Origin: Phoronis australis | Lineage: Eukaryota > Animalia > Phoronida | Length of the DNA: 64,000 nucleotides | Reading direction: 5' to 3' | NCBI GenBank assembly: GCA_002633005.1 | Contig: NMRA01000370.1 | Coordinates: forward strand, 124,001 to 188,000 | Shown here: one piece after another, positions 10,816 through 25,177 of the stretch | How the letters are laid out: every line of letters starts with the position of its first letter | Position numbering within the stretch: position 1 is the first letter of the stretch | The notes under the pieces: model-generated | Told to the model about the DNA's origin: nothing | The model's input: the letters and a program-made list of their open reading frames with translations, nothing else | Databases searched by the model: none | Translations under genes and position numbers: made by a program

Positions 10816-13296
10816 TTAGACAACTGTCTTACTATGATAAAGAACAGCCAAAATGGGACTCATTAGAAACTTGGCCCGTTTGACGACACCATGTACTTCA
10901 TCAATAGATTTGTATAATTCCCGCTGTTGCTAAGAGGCCTGTCTGATCTTGAAGATCCTTTTAGTGTTGCCTAAAGCACTTGCTGCATCAGCCGTTGCTT
11001 CATGTCGGCTATAATATACTGACATATCAACGAGGAACACTGGTGAGTTTTAGTACTGTAGTTCGAATCATTTTTACCTCGAGGTACAGGACAGAAATTA
11101 GCAAAAGCAGATTTGTAAGATTTCCTTTCTTTGGTACACGTTGATGAATGGTTTTGTTAACTTTTGCTATTACTCATTAAAATCAAAAGTTTTGTTGATA
11201 TTTGGCTAAGTACAGGTGGTGGTTAAGGTCCTACATTGTGTTAGGCCTTAACTGAAGAATTTTTACTCAGTACTAGTTAGTCATTGTGCTGGAAGCAACC
11301 TTTTCTTCAAAAACAAAAGTTTATGAGTTTACATCTGTAGTGGTGGTTGACCCCATAGAGAGCCAGGCAACTGTCAGATGGACAGTTTGCTGTTTGTAAG
11401 CCAGCAATCTGTTCACTGTCACAATAAAAAACACCAGAATTTTTCAGAAACGCTTGGACTTGTAGCCATGGACATGATGTGAGACATAGATGGCAGCACC
11501 ACTGCTATGTGTACTTATAAGATATGAAATAGTTATTTTGGGATGATGTTATCCCAACTATAATTCCACACCTGTTGAGCGTGCAGTACCACAGGTAAGT
11601 GGAATTTATGTTGTTTTATTTCTCAACAAAAAAGCATTACGAAAATATAGTCTATTATTAGTATGGTTTGCCATTTATTGTCATAAAACATCAACTGATA
11701 TATATATTTGTAGCTAGGGATCTTCTTTGGCTTCCTCATTATGTATTCATAATTCTATGTCATTCGGATCTTCTGTAAAAGTTGTCCAAATTTGGTTCAT
11801 TGTCTTTCATCGTTACCTATTATCCCCACTAAACAAGATCAATCCCTCTTACCTGTGTGTGTGTGGTTTTTGGTTTCGAGAAAGCTTAAAAGTCGTGAGG
11901 ATAAACACTGCGGTAGTCCGTCCGTAATGTTACCATGTGCCGGGCAGTACAGGTAGTTGCTCACAGATGTTCATGTCGTTGTGATGATCTGTCCACAGAA
12001 ATTCTCAGTTACCATGCACAGAGTGACCTTAGCGATTGACAAGCGCTGCAGTTCTTAGTTGGCTGTAGTCTGTTTACCTGTGACGTATCTAGTATTCCTT
12101 TTGAACCACTGTTTGTGAATGTGTGGTCCCACTCTCTTGGGATTATACTGGTGAATACTAGAGGACCTCTTCAAACTAAATGCTTCAAAACTTTTGTTGT
12201 TATTCTTGTACTTTATCTGTCCGTGTCAACGCCCTTACTTGGGTACATGCTCACCCCTGATTTTCCAAATGTTCTCCTTTAAGTACCCGTACTGGGTCAG
12301 ATGGACATTCTGACCTTGGTACTCAATAATTTCTACTCTGACCCTCCTGTTTTCTGCAACAATCCAACTTACCAGTTTAAAAGAAGGACCATGGTAAGAG
12401 AAGTTTATCAAATCACTGTCAAGCAGAATTTGTACCTAGTTTACCAAACTGCATCACACCCAAAGACCATGCTTCATAAGTGCTCTCCTGTCACAACTCA
12501 GTATTTGGATAATTTGAAAAGAGGGTTAAATCTTCCGTTGCAAATTGTTTGATGTTCTTAATTGAACATGTTTAGTCATTCACATAGGATAATTTCCTTC
12601 TAACTGTCTCTTCAGAATTCATAACTGGTATCCTTTGGTGGCGCTGCGAAAATTATTGTGGTGCATTGTTGTTTAGGATGCAATGCCTCATTTTAGCATA
12701 AATTTTAACAAGCAGAACCATTTGTAGTTTGGACACAACGCCTCGTTTTCAAGCAAATGGCAAATTCACACAGGTAGTGAATTGCGTGACTTCTCTGTCA
12801 AATTTCTTAACATTGAGAAAAGCAGGACGTTATCACTGGCATTATTTGTACTGAACATATATCATAAGACAGGTTTTTTAACACTAGCCCGCCTTTAAAA
12901 ATGAAAATGGTGGTTTTGGCGGTAATCCTTACCCAAGAGATTTTCCCAGGCATATCGTATGTAATTATCTAAGAACATAACATTTTCCACCTGGCTATAT
13001 ATAGTTATTTTTTTCTTTCTTTGTTACCTAAGCGCAACACAATATGTTGCGGAAATCAGCAGTGACAAGAAAAACCAGCCATTTTCTACTTAATTGTGCA
13101 TTATAAGTGCAACTGAAAACCAAGGAATTGTCTTAATTCTAATTAAATGGTAATAATATCGCCCACGGTGGATTTAATTTAATTAATCCACAAGAATCCC
13201 CCAACGGTAGTGTCGTGTAACTCTGTTCCTGGTTGATTTATCAATATTATATTCCTTTTGTTATCGTGGTATTTATATGTACACTCCTCATACTTA

Positions 13297-13378
13297 CAGT
13301 AAAGTCTTGCCAATTTTAGGTCATGTGACACCTTATCCAGTAAAGTCTTGCCAATTTTAGGTCATGTGACACCTTATC
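13297..13378. repeat. Perfect 41-bp tandem duplication
   Basis: CAGTAAAGTCTTGCCAATTTTAGGTCATGTGACACCTTATC x2. Confidence 0.9.
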
Positions 13379-13628
13379 GACACGTCTGTGTATTTAGCCA
13401 ATCTTCAGAAACTACAGATTTTAACTCGGTAAAAGTATATATTCTCCGTACAATTTCATTTTCAACTTTTTGCCAATCTGCCTTTATTGGGTCACGTGAC
13501 CATGCTTTTTTTGTAAAATTTTCCCAACAATAAAGATACATCGATAACTAAGCAACATGATCAAATTTCATGTCATACAAATTATCAGGATGAATTCTTA
13601 AAAGTGCTGATCCAGTTTTCTAAATTAT

Positions 13629-14523
13629 TATTGCTTGGTGAAACTAAATTTCTTCAAGTATGTTGTTTTGTCGTGAAGTTGGTTTTTTGTTTGTTTCTTG
13701 TTCGCATGCTACAGATTGCAACTCTTATCGGATGAACGCAAAATTTACATACAACATGTGTTACATGAATAGCTCAAAACTTATTGTTTTTTGTTGCAAT
13801 CTGACTCAAGATGGCTCTGTGGCGGCCATTTTTTACTTTTCTTTGTTTGCAGAGCCATAGCTCCACTATTTCTGGTCAGATTTTTCTGATTTTCCTTTCT
13901 GAGGATAGATTATTCCAAGGGCTCCCGTGAATGTCTTTTTTTGTTTTTCTGTAGTTGTTACAGTTCTCGAGTTATTCATGATTTTCCGAGGACTGATCTT
14001 CAAATACATGAGTTTTTGTGCCGTATCTTTGGCGTCCCTTGCCGGATCTCTCAAAAATTTAGTATTTGGATAGGCCTTTCAAGCGCTATCAGCATTGTGA
14101 AACACATTTCTTGCAATGACTTACCGTTCTCACGATACTCAAGATATACTGACCTTTGGTTGACTACGTAATTATAGCTGCACTTTGTTATGCTATCATA
14201 TTTGTGCGAGAGATCGCAGTTTTCGTCTGATCGACTTGAAATTTACTTACAATGTTTATCTTGTCAATAGCCCGAGGAATCTTGGTCTTGGGCAAAATTG
14301 GACCCAAAGTGGCACTGTGACCGCCATTTTTTGCATTATGTTTGTGGAGCCCTAGCTCCGGTGTTCGTTGACCGAACCTTTTCAAATTTGGTATCAGCAA
14401 TATAATATGATATTGTAGTAAGTGTCAGGGTCATGATTGTTTATGTTCTTGGTTTCATCATCGATCTCACCTGTAAATTTTAATTTCTTTCACCAAGTGC
14501 CGCTCTTCAGAGCACTTTAATTT
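13629..14523. mobile_element. Helentron-associated non-autonomous element (HINE-like)
   Basis: 5' CTTGGTGAAA (13634-13643) is inverted at TTTCACCAAG (14488-14497), followed directly by the hairpin AAGTGCCGCTCTTCAGAGCACTT. Flanks are T-rich, and there are two related internal modules containing (G/C)CGCCATTTT-like motifs. Confidence 0.55.
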
Positions 14524-15541
14524 CATTTTCATTTTTTACAGCTTCTGAGTTTGTTCACGAATATTATAAAAGTCTGATTTCTTGATCGCCCCTCGTGCAA
14601 AAGTGGAACATTTTAAAAATGAGCTCTGTCAGAGTTGTGGAAAACGGTTTCTGAAAGTTTCCTATAAAATCAGTCTACCATTTCTGTGATGCTCTGAAGT
14701 TAGCCAAGTTTGGACATAACCTCAATATTGCAGCCAAGTGAAGTCTTGTTTTGTCATCAATGTCAAGTAGTAACATGAAATTCTGGGTTTTAAATAACGT
14801 TTTGGCAAAATTTGGGAAGAAAGCAACTTAATGTTAGATAACTGGTTTCCATTTTTGGGAGGAATCAGACAGTCAAACTTTGACGATTACCAATATGAAA
14901 TAGTTAGTAACATGAAGCAACTTATGACTCATCTTTATCGTGTATGCCTGTATTTTTGAAATCTTTATTTTTGTTGCCTGTTTAATAATTCAATCATTGA
15001 GTTTTGTTTTTTAAAAGTTTCACAGCTAATTCTAAGATACCCCTGGGCTAGTTTGTCATCATTATATTCTGAATCCAGCCATAAAATTGACTTGAACCTG
15101 ATGGTACCCTAGTGAAACCCAGAACTCAAAACTATTGAGGCTCTGACTGTCTAAGGATTATGCTCGTTGTTAGGTTGTCCTCGAATTTCACCTCGAGTTT
15201 GTCTGGCCGTTGTGTTCATCGCATATATGTTACAACAAACTTGACACTAAGAAGTTTGTTCACATTGTCGTTAAATCGCCTGGTGGTTGCTCGCTGATTG
15301 GATAGTGAAACCTAGAAAGATTTTTGAGGGAAAATGTTTTCTATCAGTGGTAATTCATGAGGCGCTCTGCATTCAAATTTCACTGCATTATTTGGGGGTT
15401 AAGAGCTCTCTGTTCAGAGGTGATACACTCAAGATGAGTCATCCGACTGTGCCCAGGCAGGGTGGACAATAGGTGTTGGAACATATGAACAAAATGCAAC
15501 ATATGAACAAAATGCAGTTGCAATGTGCAATATTTCATTCA

Positions 15542-15825
15542 TCTCTTTTCTTCTGTTGCAGTTAACCGATTTTTGCCGTTCAAACAATGAAAATGTTCAT
15601 TTTTCAATAACATATTTACATTTCATAGTCCGCAATGTCTAAAATCTTCAGGAAATTGTGTTGCCACAAACAAGCAATAGTTATCACTGACACCCATCTC
15701 TGTTTCTTAATCCTCAAAAAACTAAAAAAGTTGTTCATTAAAGTCCTAGCACTCTGGTAAATGGTAAATGTCTATTGTAATCCCAACTGGTAAGAAGCGT
15801 TCATAGTTGCCGGTTGGGAAATGAA
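15542..15825. repeat. Interspersed repeat, with a second copy at about 42367-42631 in the same orientation
   Basis: Shared blocks TCTCTTTTCTTCTGTTGCAGTTAA, TAGTTATCA.TGACACC.ATCT and CTATT.TAATCCCAACT.GTAAGAA. Confidence 0.7.
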
Positions 15826-18084
15826 ATGTAGCACCTAATGTACAATATTTGCATTTTCACCGTTATACAGACTCCCGGCGCCAACTATTGTCATAAATAA
15901 ACAATGAAAAATCACTTATTGTCGTTGCACGCGTGGTTGCTTTTGCTCTAATTATTTAGTTTGATAGGAATGATTTAATGCAATGATATGAAACTTGACA
16001 ATCATTTAGTCTGTGTTTAACGTGAAGTAATTACGCATTGATGGGCAAGGTTACACAGGTTTATGACCAACTTTATGCTGACTTTAACCTTGGCCTGATG
16101 TGTGGTGTCATCTTAAATGTATTTTTAATTTCATCCACAGCCACTTGTGTACAAAAAATGCCTGTCAATTTTTCTCTACAGGTCTTCGGCTGCCATCACT
16201 GACAGCTGGATTTCAAAAGCTATCTCTGCTTATGTATTGTACAATGTCACATTGAAGGACAAGATAATTGGTGGAAAGTGAAACTTTATTTTTTGATTTT
16301 TCCTTTGAAAGATACATAGCGATAACTAATGCTTTCAAGTGTTCCATGACAACTACCAATAGACATTTTAAAAAATTGCACACTTGTGTCAATGTTGTGA
16401 AAAATGAAAAAATGGCTCATCACTTTCGTGATTGTTTTTGTCCGAAAGCGGTGAGGTTTCATGGTGATAACTGTTCTCTAACAGTCTGATAAACTAATAA
16501 GCCTCTTTCTTCTAGATAGTTTATCAACTCTGGTACTTTCAAATGCTTTAAATTAAGAATTTTCCATAGCCTTACACTTCAACATAATCCCTAGAATAAG
16601 CTCGACACATCCAAAACTACGCCAATGTTGTCAGTAATGTTTTCTTTAACCTCTGGGATGAAGGAGTCCTCTAATGGGGACAACGCTTTCCAGTAAACTT
16701 AAGGCATAGCATCAGAGTTTTTGAAATTATTTTTAAATAGGTTAAAAACTTTACTGTGAAGCAAGTTATCCTCTCAAAAATGTGCAAAGTTTGCTCCCTT
16801 TTCCGCTTAGGGCTTAAAGGTGTAGTTAGCGCTGTTAACATAATATTACTATTACCCTGGGGCATCTAAGTCTACACTGGTAAACGCTAAATGTCTGATT
16901 TCATGTTGGGACTGTCAACAAAAATCGAGTAATTACTAAAACGTGTGTCGGTATTTGGCCAATTTTTGTTCGTTTCTCTGGGTAAAACTGATCCTAACTT
17001 ACTTTTTTATGCGGATTTCAATTTCATTAACTCAACATTGGAGAAATCACCTGGTCGTAATCAAATTATTTTAGCCGATTATTTATTGCTATGAAGCCAT
17101 ATGCAGTAATTGCTAAACTCTGCACAATAGATCAGATGTTTGATTAAAAAGGCCTCTCGATGGCAACAGCACTTGTGCAATTCTATTGATCAGTGTTAGG
17201 TACCCTGAAATGGACCCAAGTTTCCATGTATATTTTGGTGAAGGTTCAGTTACAGGAACACTGAACACATGGTAATCACATTATTGTTAACTTAAGTGAC
17301 AGGAACTTTGAACAGTGTCACATTTTAGTGGGTGTTTAGTTACAGCAACATCCTACATAGTCTTGTCACGTTTTCTTACCAAGATCAAATATGCTTTAGT
17401 TTCTTAATCTTACTTGCAATGAATTTTGATTTATAGAAATAATTTACCTTGTTACCTTCTCCTGTGCCCTGACTGGGTACCTTCTTGCCTCTTCACAGTT
17501 AGAGCCTATTCATTTCATTTACTTTGTTAATGGTTTAAGTATTGTTAATAATCATTGGCAAGTCAGAGGTAATCTGTTTGAAGCTTTTGAGCTGATTACA
17601 AGAGGTATAGACCACTGAGTATGCAAACTGATGCTTGATTAATTCCCTTGTATTTCCCTAGGGGTCTCAATGAGACCTTTTGTAATGCTTACCTAATTCT
17701 GTTGAGTATTGATGTAATATTGTAATATTGACTAATAATAGGTGTGGAATGTTTTCTGTCATGGATTTAGGCTAAAGCTAAAGTTTTTTGCATAACATTC
17801 TATTTTTATGACTATAATAGCTTTTCCAGTTTTTTGGCATTTTACTTTTGATTTTAGCATGCGTGATGCATTTGGTCAGTTGTCTGGTTATTCCTTTGAA
17901 AATGTACAAACAATATTTGCCAACATTTTTGCTATGTTTTTATTGACTTGGCAGGCTTAAATAATTTCAAGATGTTCTAGGGGTATTCACAAATACGCTA
18001 GAGTTTGCATACTTTTTAAAAGGCAAGGGTATAATTTCTCTTACCGCACATCAACAATACAACTTCAGTACTTTTGTTTACAAT

Positions 18085-18425
18085 TAAGGTATTACGTTTC
18101 GACATTTTTCGATGTACTCTTGCTCTTCATCATCAGGAAAAAATTGGCCATGTGATGAACTAGGCCCTAACACTGTACAATGAACATGGGTGTGCAAGAC
18201 CCACAGCTGCATAGTAACAGCATTATTGGCAAAATTCACGAGGCCAGAGATAACCTCCTTTAAATCAACCAACTGTTTATTGGGATCAGGCATGAGGTGC
18301 AGTCAGAGACTCTGGGATTTTTAAGTTCCTTTATTGTATATTATTAGACCTCAGTTCACCAGGTTCCAATGTTTTCCTGATGATAACGCGTGTGAGTACA
18401 TCAAAACATGTTAAAACTGGTAATT
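18085..18425. mobile_element. Old degenerate MITE (long imperfect inverted arms)
   Basis: GATGTACTC..ATCATCAGGAAAAAATTGG..TGAACT (about 18110-18165) is the reverse complement of AGTTCA..CCAATGTTTTCCTGATGAT..GAGTACATC (about 18350-18405). Confidence 0.5.
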
Positions 18426-18467
18426 GTTTTGTTTTAAAGATGTATTTGTATGTTCTTAAAAATGCTC

Positions 18468-18960
18468 ATGTATAGCAGGAACTATAGAACAATACTGTTT
18501 GAGCATCATCTACGCTAAACAAAGTGCAGTTGTCTTTTGTCTTGAGAATGGTTGAGAGACAAACCGAAACGTCGATCAATATGTCGTTGTTTACATGTGC
18601 GCTGATTTTCAAGTTCGTATTCATATTTTGGCCAAGAACAAATGTGATCAGGGAGCTCTTTCGCAAAAAAGTGATGAGGCTCTTTCGGAGACTTGTATGA
18701 CTTGACACACCTTTTAAATTCAGTAGACTGCAATTCAATTGAGATTAGAAAGTTCAACTCGGTGCTGGTGGCATTGTGATTTTTTTCTTCTATCTCGATT
18801 TTAACTTCGGGTTGCACTGAAATACCTGGAGCCAGATTCAACTTAAAGATGTATAAATAGCATGCTCCTAACTATGTTACGTAATGTAGCAGGAACTAAA
18901 TGACATCTATTTGAACATCTTCTACCCTAAACAAAGTGCAGTTGTATTCATTGACAACTT
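18468..18960. repeat. Degenerate direct repeat about 415 bp apart
   Basis: TAGCAGGAACTA...TTTGA.CATC.TCTAC.CTAAACAAAGTGCAGTTGT occurs at about 18473 and about 18887. Confidence 0.6.
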
Positions 18961-19656
18961 GTGTAAACAAAAATTCTGCAAATATGTGACCTTTGCCCTA
19001 ATGACCTACCTTGGGAGCTCACATAGTCTGCATCATTATTCCCCAACACCACATCAGATACTTACTAGACACGATTGTGTGATTTACGCCAGATCATTTT
19101 GGATACAAAACTGTTCTTAAAAACATTTGACAATTTTCAACCTTTTAATACTTCACAGTCACATCATTGCTGTTGTATTTCTAATTGGACCAAACAATCT
19201 CAGAGAAGGAATTAGTGTGCCAGTTAGCTGCAGTAGGAAGTAATGACATTGTGGTGCATGTCCGTACCTTTGTCTCGCGCCTGAAATGTGATCCTGAAAG
19301 AGCACCCATGGGGACGTAGCTGGGAGTATTGGCCCTAGCTGTTAGTGGGGGCTCTTTCGACTTAATGAGAGAAAAAGATCCAATTCGATTTTCCTTTTTT
19401 CACCAGCTAAATGAGCCAAAATCTAGCTTTAACGAAGTAATAAATCTGTGCCTTCTGTCAACATTGATCATGAACTTGTTTGTATCTCTACTAATAATCA
19501 AATTGCTACTGATTCTTTGGTCAAGAACTTGTGTTATTCATATCAATCACGGGTGAATTTTTAATTTGTGTGGATGGTAGAATCCAATTACTATGGCATG
19601 ATTTCTGTTTTGGCAGAAGAAAACATCTTATTTGAGTTTTAGCTACACAGTGCTCA

Positions 19657-19727
19657 ACGCTTAGCTTGACGCTTAGCTCGTCGCTTAGCTCGACGCTTAG
19701 CTCGACGCTTAGCTTGACGCCAGCTCA
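19657..19727. repeat. 12-bp tandem repeat (GACGCTTAGCTY), about 6 copies
   Basis: acgcttagcttg acgcttagctcg tcgcttagctcg acgcttagctcg acgcttagcttg acgccagctc. Confidence 0.85.
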
Positions 19728-21340
19728 TCAAATGTATTTTCTCAAAAATTCCACGTCGGCAAATAAAAACTCATGTCGCCAAAACTGGTGTCGAAATTGT
19801 TGCCTTAAAAAAATGGTTCCTCATTTAATTCTTATAGAGTTACGCATACCTCATCCATTTCGCTTTGTAAAAAATACTGGTCATTCGATTCAATCTCTCC
19901 TGCCAACAAAGAAGGCAGGTAATCAGATACCCTAAAGGGGCGTTTCTTGATCCAATTTTTGTCGACCGATTTCGTCTGTTTACTTCCGGTCGTAATTTAT
20001 GCGCTTGTTCGATGTGTGTTGACTGAGGGTGGCACACCCACTGACTTCACGTAATGAACTGAACAATTTTGAACCAAAGGTATTGCATCTAAAAAAACTT
20101 AGAAATTCAAAGTTCGGATTAGTCACCACAAATTTTGAAATGAATTTCAGTGGAATTATTGTCGTACGTTGATGCTCGCTATGACGACATCGTGGCGACT
20201 TGTGACTTTCCCTAGGTGGCCAATGGCAACATGAATTCGCATTGGTGATTTGCAGATCGCCAAATCCAGCACTGCTACAGAAGTGCTTCCTAATTATGTT
20301 GACCAGTCCTTTTTTGCTGGAGCTAAGATTTGGCATTTTAATTGAAGAAATCACAGTTTGTCTAGGGCTTAATAAAATTGTGTCAGTTGACATTTACGGA
20401 GCAAGGTGAAAAGTTATAAATGAAATTGAAAGCGGCTATAAATCCATGTTCAATCGAAGAAACTACTTGTTATTTAGACCACATACCGCTGCAAAACTGA
20501 TTTCAACTTTTTCAGACGCAGATACGAAGTGTTTCTCACAGGGGAGCCTGTCATCTAAATAATGATGAATGACGGAACTTTTCCAAACCCGTTTCCTCTA
20601 ATTTAAGATCAATTTCATAACCATAAAGTGGTTTATTTATTTTTTTGAAGAATGCGGGTTTGTAGCTGTAGATAATTGATTCAAATGCCTTTTGAAGGCC
20701 TAAGTAAATATATGCAAGGGAGTTAATGAGAACCTGGACTTAATGTAAAAGTGATTTCTGGGGTAGTGTTAATATTTAAATAAAAATAAAAATAAAAAAA
20801 TTCTGTGTGCTACAAATGACACGTGAGCGTGGTGTCGTAACCGGTTGGCATGTTTGAGCGTCATGTTTCGACACGCTTATGACACTTTACACACAAGCAT
20901 GGCAGTTTTTTACACGTTTGCCACGTAACTTGTCATTTTACATTTTCACTGAAATCAAGAATGATGTCTTCACCATGTTTTCAACCTAGTATTTTTGTAG
21001 ACACTTGTGCTCAGTACAAACCACGCTATAAAAAACAGAAATTTCCTAGTATTCGTTTTTGTTGACAATTTAGAAAAAAAAATTCTGGTCCATCATAATC
21101 TTTACTTAACAGGAGATTTTACGTACAATTAAAAACAAAGGGAATGGGTTTTTGCAAAGGGCAAGTAGTCTGGCATCTAATTGAGAATTCAGGAAATGTA
21201 CTTAACCATTGCTGATTTGGCATGCATCATCCATTTTCATGCTTTGATGACTATATTGCTTCCTTCGTCTGACAAAGTAGACTTGACGAACCATCACAAC
21301 ACTTGGCATTAGAAACTTAAACCAAGCAATTTACAGACTA

Positions 21341-22145
21341 CCGCATTCGCTGTAATAACCGCCCAGGGCGCTTAGAAAAGTTCGGTTCAGGGGGGCCCTT
21401 ATTATAACCCAAGGCGGTTGAAACCCAGTCTCCGAAACGGGTGAAATCGGAAGCTAAGATTCGTCAAATTTACATTCTATGACATATCTTAATATATGAA
21501 AGACTTTCAACAAAACTGTGGTGCATTGCTATCAAACTTTGCTGCTAAATTACGATCATTTTACAGAAAATTGTGGTGAAATCCCAGGGCGAAAACTCGC
21601 CGACTGACTGCCTCGAAATCGCTGTCTTCGATATGGCGACTTATAGTATTAGAAATTGTCGGAAATTAGTGCCAATATTCGTTTCTTACCGATGCTATGC
21701 TATCCGTTTCATGAATGGATAGTTCCCGACTAATGTCTTTGATGACAGGTTCATGTATGTAGCGCGCGCTTCCTGGCCACGTGCGTTTAACACCGAGTTA
21801 TTTTTATTCATAGACAGTCGATGTGTGTGTACTGAAAGGTCAAACCGTAGTGGGACACGTTTGTCGCGAGAGTAGCAACGCTGTTGCGTTCTTTTTGAAG
21901 CGCTGCGTTACTTTGAAGTGTATAGTCACGGCTAAATACAAACATAGCAGTGCCGCTGGTGGTCTAGAAGACCTGTGCAAAGTTTTTTTGATAAATTGAA
22001 GACGTTACTGTAGCCGAGTTTTAGGACTGTAGGTACGTAATTGTTCACATGTACACGTTCATGGACTGGGCGCTTATTTCAGCAAAGTCTGAAAACGCGT
22101 GGGGGGAGCTTGTAGGGGCATGGGCAGTTATTACGGCAAATACAG
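21341..22145. mobile_element. Tc1/mariner-like non-autonomous DNA transposon, about 805 bp
   Basis: TA|CCGCATTCGCTGTAATAACCGCCCA ... TGGGCAGTTATTACGGCAAATACAG|TA: about 25-bp imperfect TIRs with a TA duplication and no transposase ORF. Confidence 0.75.
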
Positions 22146-22581
22146 TATTGCTTATTGGAGAAAGTAAGTCAGGAGTGAAATTGACAGTTTGGTCGATATC
22201 TTTTCGGAAATATGTTGTTTATTAATTTATCTCTTCTTTTTCTTTGTGTCCCTGAGTGCAATAATGTCTTCCTGGTTGACATTAAAAGGTTAAAAATAGT
22301 GTGGTAAGTCTGATACATGTCACATGACATGCAGGCAGGCCTGTTGTACTACACCCCTCAAACTATTTTTCGTTTATTAATTCGCATAACATATGTATGT
22401 CAGGGGATAGGGTTTTCAGAACCACACCAAGACTAGGCTAGCCGAGACCCTTTTGTCTCTTACGACATCAAAAGAGTTTTGGCAACATGAAGGTATGCCC
22501 CACTAAAGTACCCAAGCCTACTGACTTGAAGACATGTCGGCATTGATTGAGTGTGTTAAACATTGTTAGAAAAGGCAATAG

Positions 22582-22674
22582 TCTGTTATAACATGCCCTA
22601 TTTTGAGAACCTGGTTGATGCCCGTTATTTTGTGGAGAAAACTGGTTCTCAAAATTCGGGAACATTATATCAGA
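22582..22674. repeat. ~93-bp hairpin element, copy 1 (copy 2 at 45330-45423)
   Basis: TCTGTTATAACATGCCCTATTTTGAGAACC...GGTTCTCAAAATTCGGGAACATTATATCAGA is self-complementary and nearly identical to the copy at 45330. Confidence 0.8.
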
Positions 22675-22781
22675 CAATTACTGTCAGAAATTAGCAGGAA
22701 GGGTGCAATTTGTAAAGACAATTTAGAAGTCGTGTACACAAATTAAAACAACTGAGGTGCTAGATACCTGACTAGAGGATC

Positions 22782-22848
22782 TAGTGGTGGGGTCCTGTGG
22801 GATTTGAACCCACGACCTTGAGAACAGGCGGCCACACACACCATCTCC
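22782..22848 (-). mobile_element. tRNA-derived SINE head or decayed tRNA-like fragment
   Basis: The minus strand reads GGTCGTGGGTTCAAATCCCACAGGACCCCACCA (T-arm with a B-box). No complete cloverleaf is present. Confidence 0.5.
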
Positions 22849-25177
22849 TCTTAACTATTCAAAGTAGTAGACCCCATATCTTTAAGGAACTTCACAGTAA
22901 TGGACAGTTTTCTATATTTCAAGGAAATTTTTAAAAAATTCTCAGGGACATTACTTGACTCTATGTCCCAAGGTTCTGATATTTAGTCACTTAGACAATT
23001 CTTTAATAGCTGCCAATAGTGAGCTATTGTGACCTTCAGGTTTTCTTCAGAATGCTTTTGAGAAGACCTGTAATGCTAATTCCTCACTTATTTAACACAC
23101 AGTATGACTGACAAGTGAGATTCTATTTTGTTGAATTTCTCCACAAAAGTAAAAGATTAAGGACATATCAGTCTATTTCAAGCGCTGTTTGCATTTTGTC
23201 ATAAAACGTTTGCTGAAGTTCCCACCCATTATTTGCAAAAACGTAATCAGCTTTTGAAAATGAAAAAATTGCAATTGTTTTTGTGCGCAATTTACGATAA
23301 CTTGAAAATCTTGTTTTGTGTCAGTTGCTGCTCTAACTTCTTGTAGATTATAATTCATGGTAAAAATTAGGTCAGTGAAAAATTAATTACTTTTCTGAAC
23401 TGCTCAGAGCTAATGTTAAGCATATTGGCCAAAATCAAAAAATCGGATCAATGATAAACGATCCTTCATCTCTTTAGCTATTTTCAATGACTTTATGAAC
23501 TGTCAAGGCTATTTTCAATCTCTGTTGGGACAAAACAGCGACTCCTGTATTTGGAGAACTTTACTGTAATTCTGATAAGCAGCTTGATATGTCAGTTTCA
23601 CTTAGTCTTTTAAATTTTTTTTTTCTTTTAAAAAGTTTCTCTCAAATTAGTGACTACTGGCTATGAAATATTGACTGGCTGACGATTCGGTCATTTTTCA
23701 AAGGATTGCTACTTTTGCTGCGAATTTTCATAATTTCACCAATTGTTGTTGTCGACAGGTGTTCGATAAAATCCATTTTAATAATAATTAAAGTATTTGA
23801 TATTCATTTTTGTTCCAAAGCTTAGCACAGTCAAATTCCATTCCCCACATATTGTGTCGGATTGCAATCTGAGAAATGTAAAATCCGGTAATCCCCACAG
23901 CACTGCAAAATATCGGGAATTTGTCTAATATTTCTACGAACTAAACGTTAACGAAATGTTACTCCATTCCAAGCATCCGTCCATACTTCACGCACCACAA
24001 ACTAACTCTGCGTAATTATGATTATTGGAAGTAATAAGTATGTCTTTGAGAAATTGAAAAACGAAAAGTTCAGCAATTATTTTTGTGCAAAACTCTTAAC
24101 CATACTAATTTTTCTTTTACCCATTATTGTTAATGTAGCAGACGACCCACTTTCAGCTTTTCTTTCATGTTTAAATGGGTCCAGTCCTAACTCTGCTTAC
24201 AAGGTCACCCTTGTTAATTTCCTGCAAACTCATTAGTCCATATGTTCTAGCATGTTGCCCTCATTTCCTAATCCGGTTTACAAACCTCTGGTGAAATACG
24301 TAAAAGTCTATTGATCCCCCGCCTATTTTTGGGATTGATGATTATAACAGGTCCATCTTTCATCAGCAACAAAAATACATGGTGACATTTAAAGTTGCTG
24401 GACACGGGTTTGGCGAATAAGAATGTTAAAATTCAAATTTGGCAGAACTTATTTTATGTTATACATCGAAATGAATCATGTTTGATTCGGGTAGAAAAAC
24501 CTCCAAGCCACCTATCCTTGCATTTTCTTAAACTCTGGTGTTCATACCTAAAGAGGTTGTAACTTTAAATTTAATTTAAAAGTTATAACTCTTGCTTTGA
24601 ATGTGTTAAAAAGTTGTAACTGCAGCCCAGTTATAATCCAGCCTGCAAAAGTGGTTTAGCGAGAGCATGTTACCATTGTATCTCAGTGCAGTTGCAAAAG
24701 TTATATCTCACTAAGTGGCGTTAGAAACAATGACACACCTAGGCACTAACTGGGTTAAATCTGACAACTAGTGTCTAAAACCAGTACCAGGGTTATAGCA
24801 GTTTTACCTGTCGATGTTAATAAGAGTTACACCTGTAGAAAAAGTTGCAGCCAGGCTTAGATGTTCTGAACACAGCTTAACAATAATCACGGATAACATA
24901 TTTCTACAATTATTGTCGGAGAATGTAGGTCATGTGGCTTTGGGGACTTTGTATGGGATCAAAGATTATGATTCATTACTTTAAACTGTCCACTTGTATT
25001 TTAGACATCACACACCAAAGTCTGAGTAGGTTAAATAATTAGTTTGATGACTGACCAGTCAGCAGAATACACAAACTCAATTACTAAGCTTGTTAAGTAT
25101 GGGCTATTGCCTCAGAGAGGTTAATTCACAAATTCTCTTTGTAAAGTGCTGTGCTTTGGGGGTTAGGTCCAGCACTA

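Noticed and set aside
10820-11085. Coding-like composition with a strong gtgagt donor at about 11043
   Set aside because: Stops in every frame examined and no identifiable protein family.
12301-12552. ORF starting MDILTLVLNNF, faintly like a GTF3C1 internal motif
   Set aside because: Similarity is limited to a few residues, with no continuation and no convincing splice sites.
19980-20393. 137-aa ORF with KHF, a possible THAP-domain remnant
   Set aside because: No C2CH spacing or conserved P/W residues. Probably inside a non-coding repeat.
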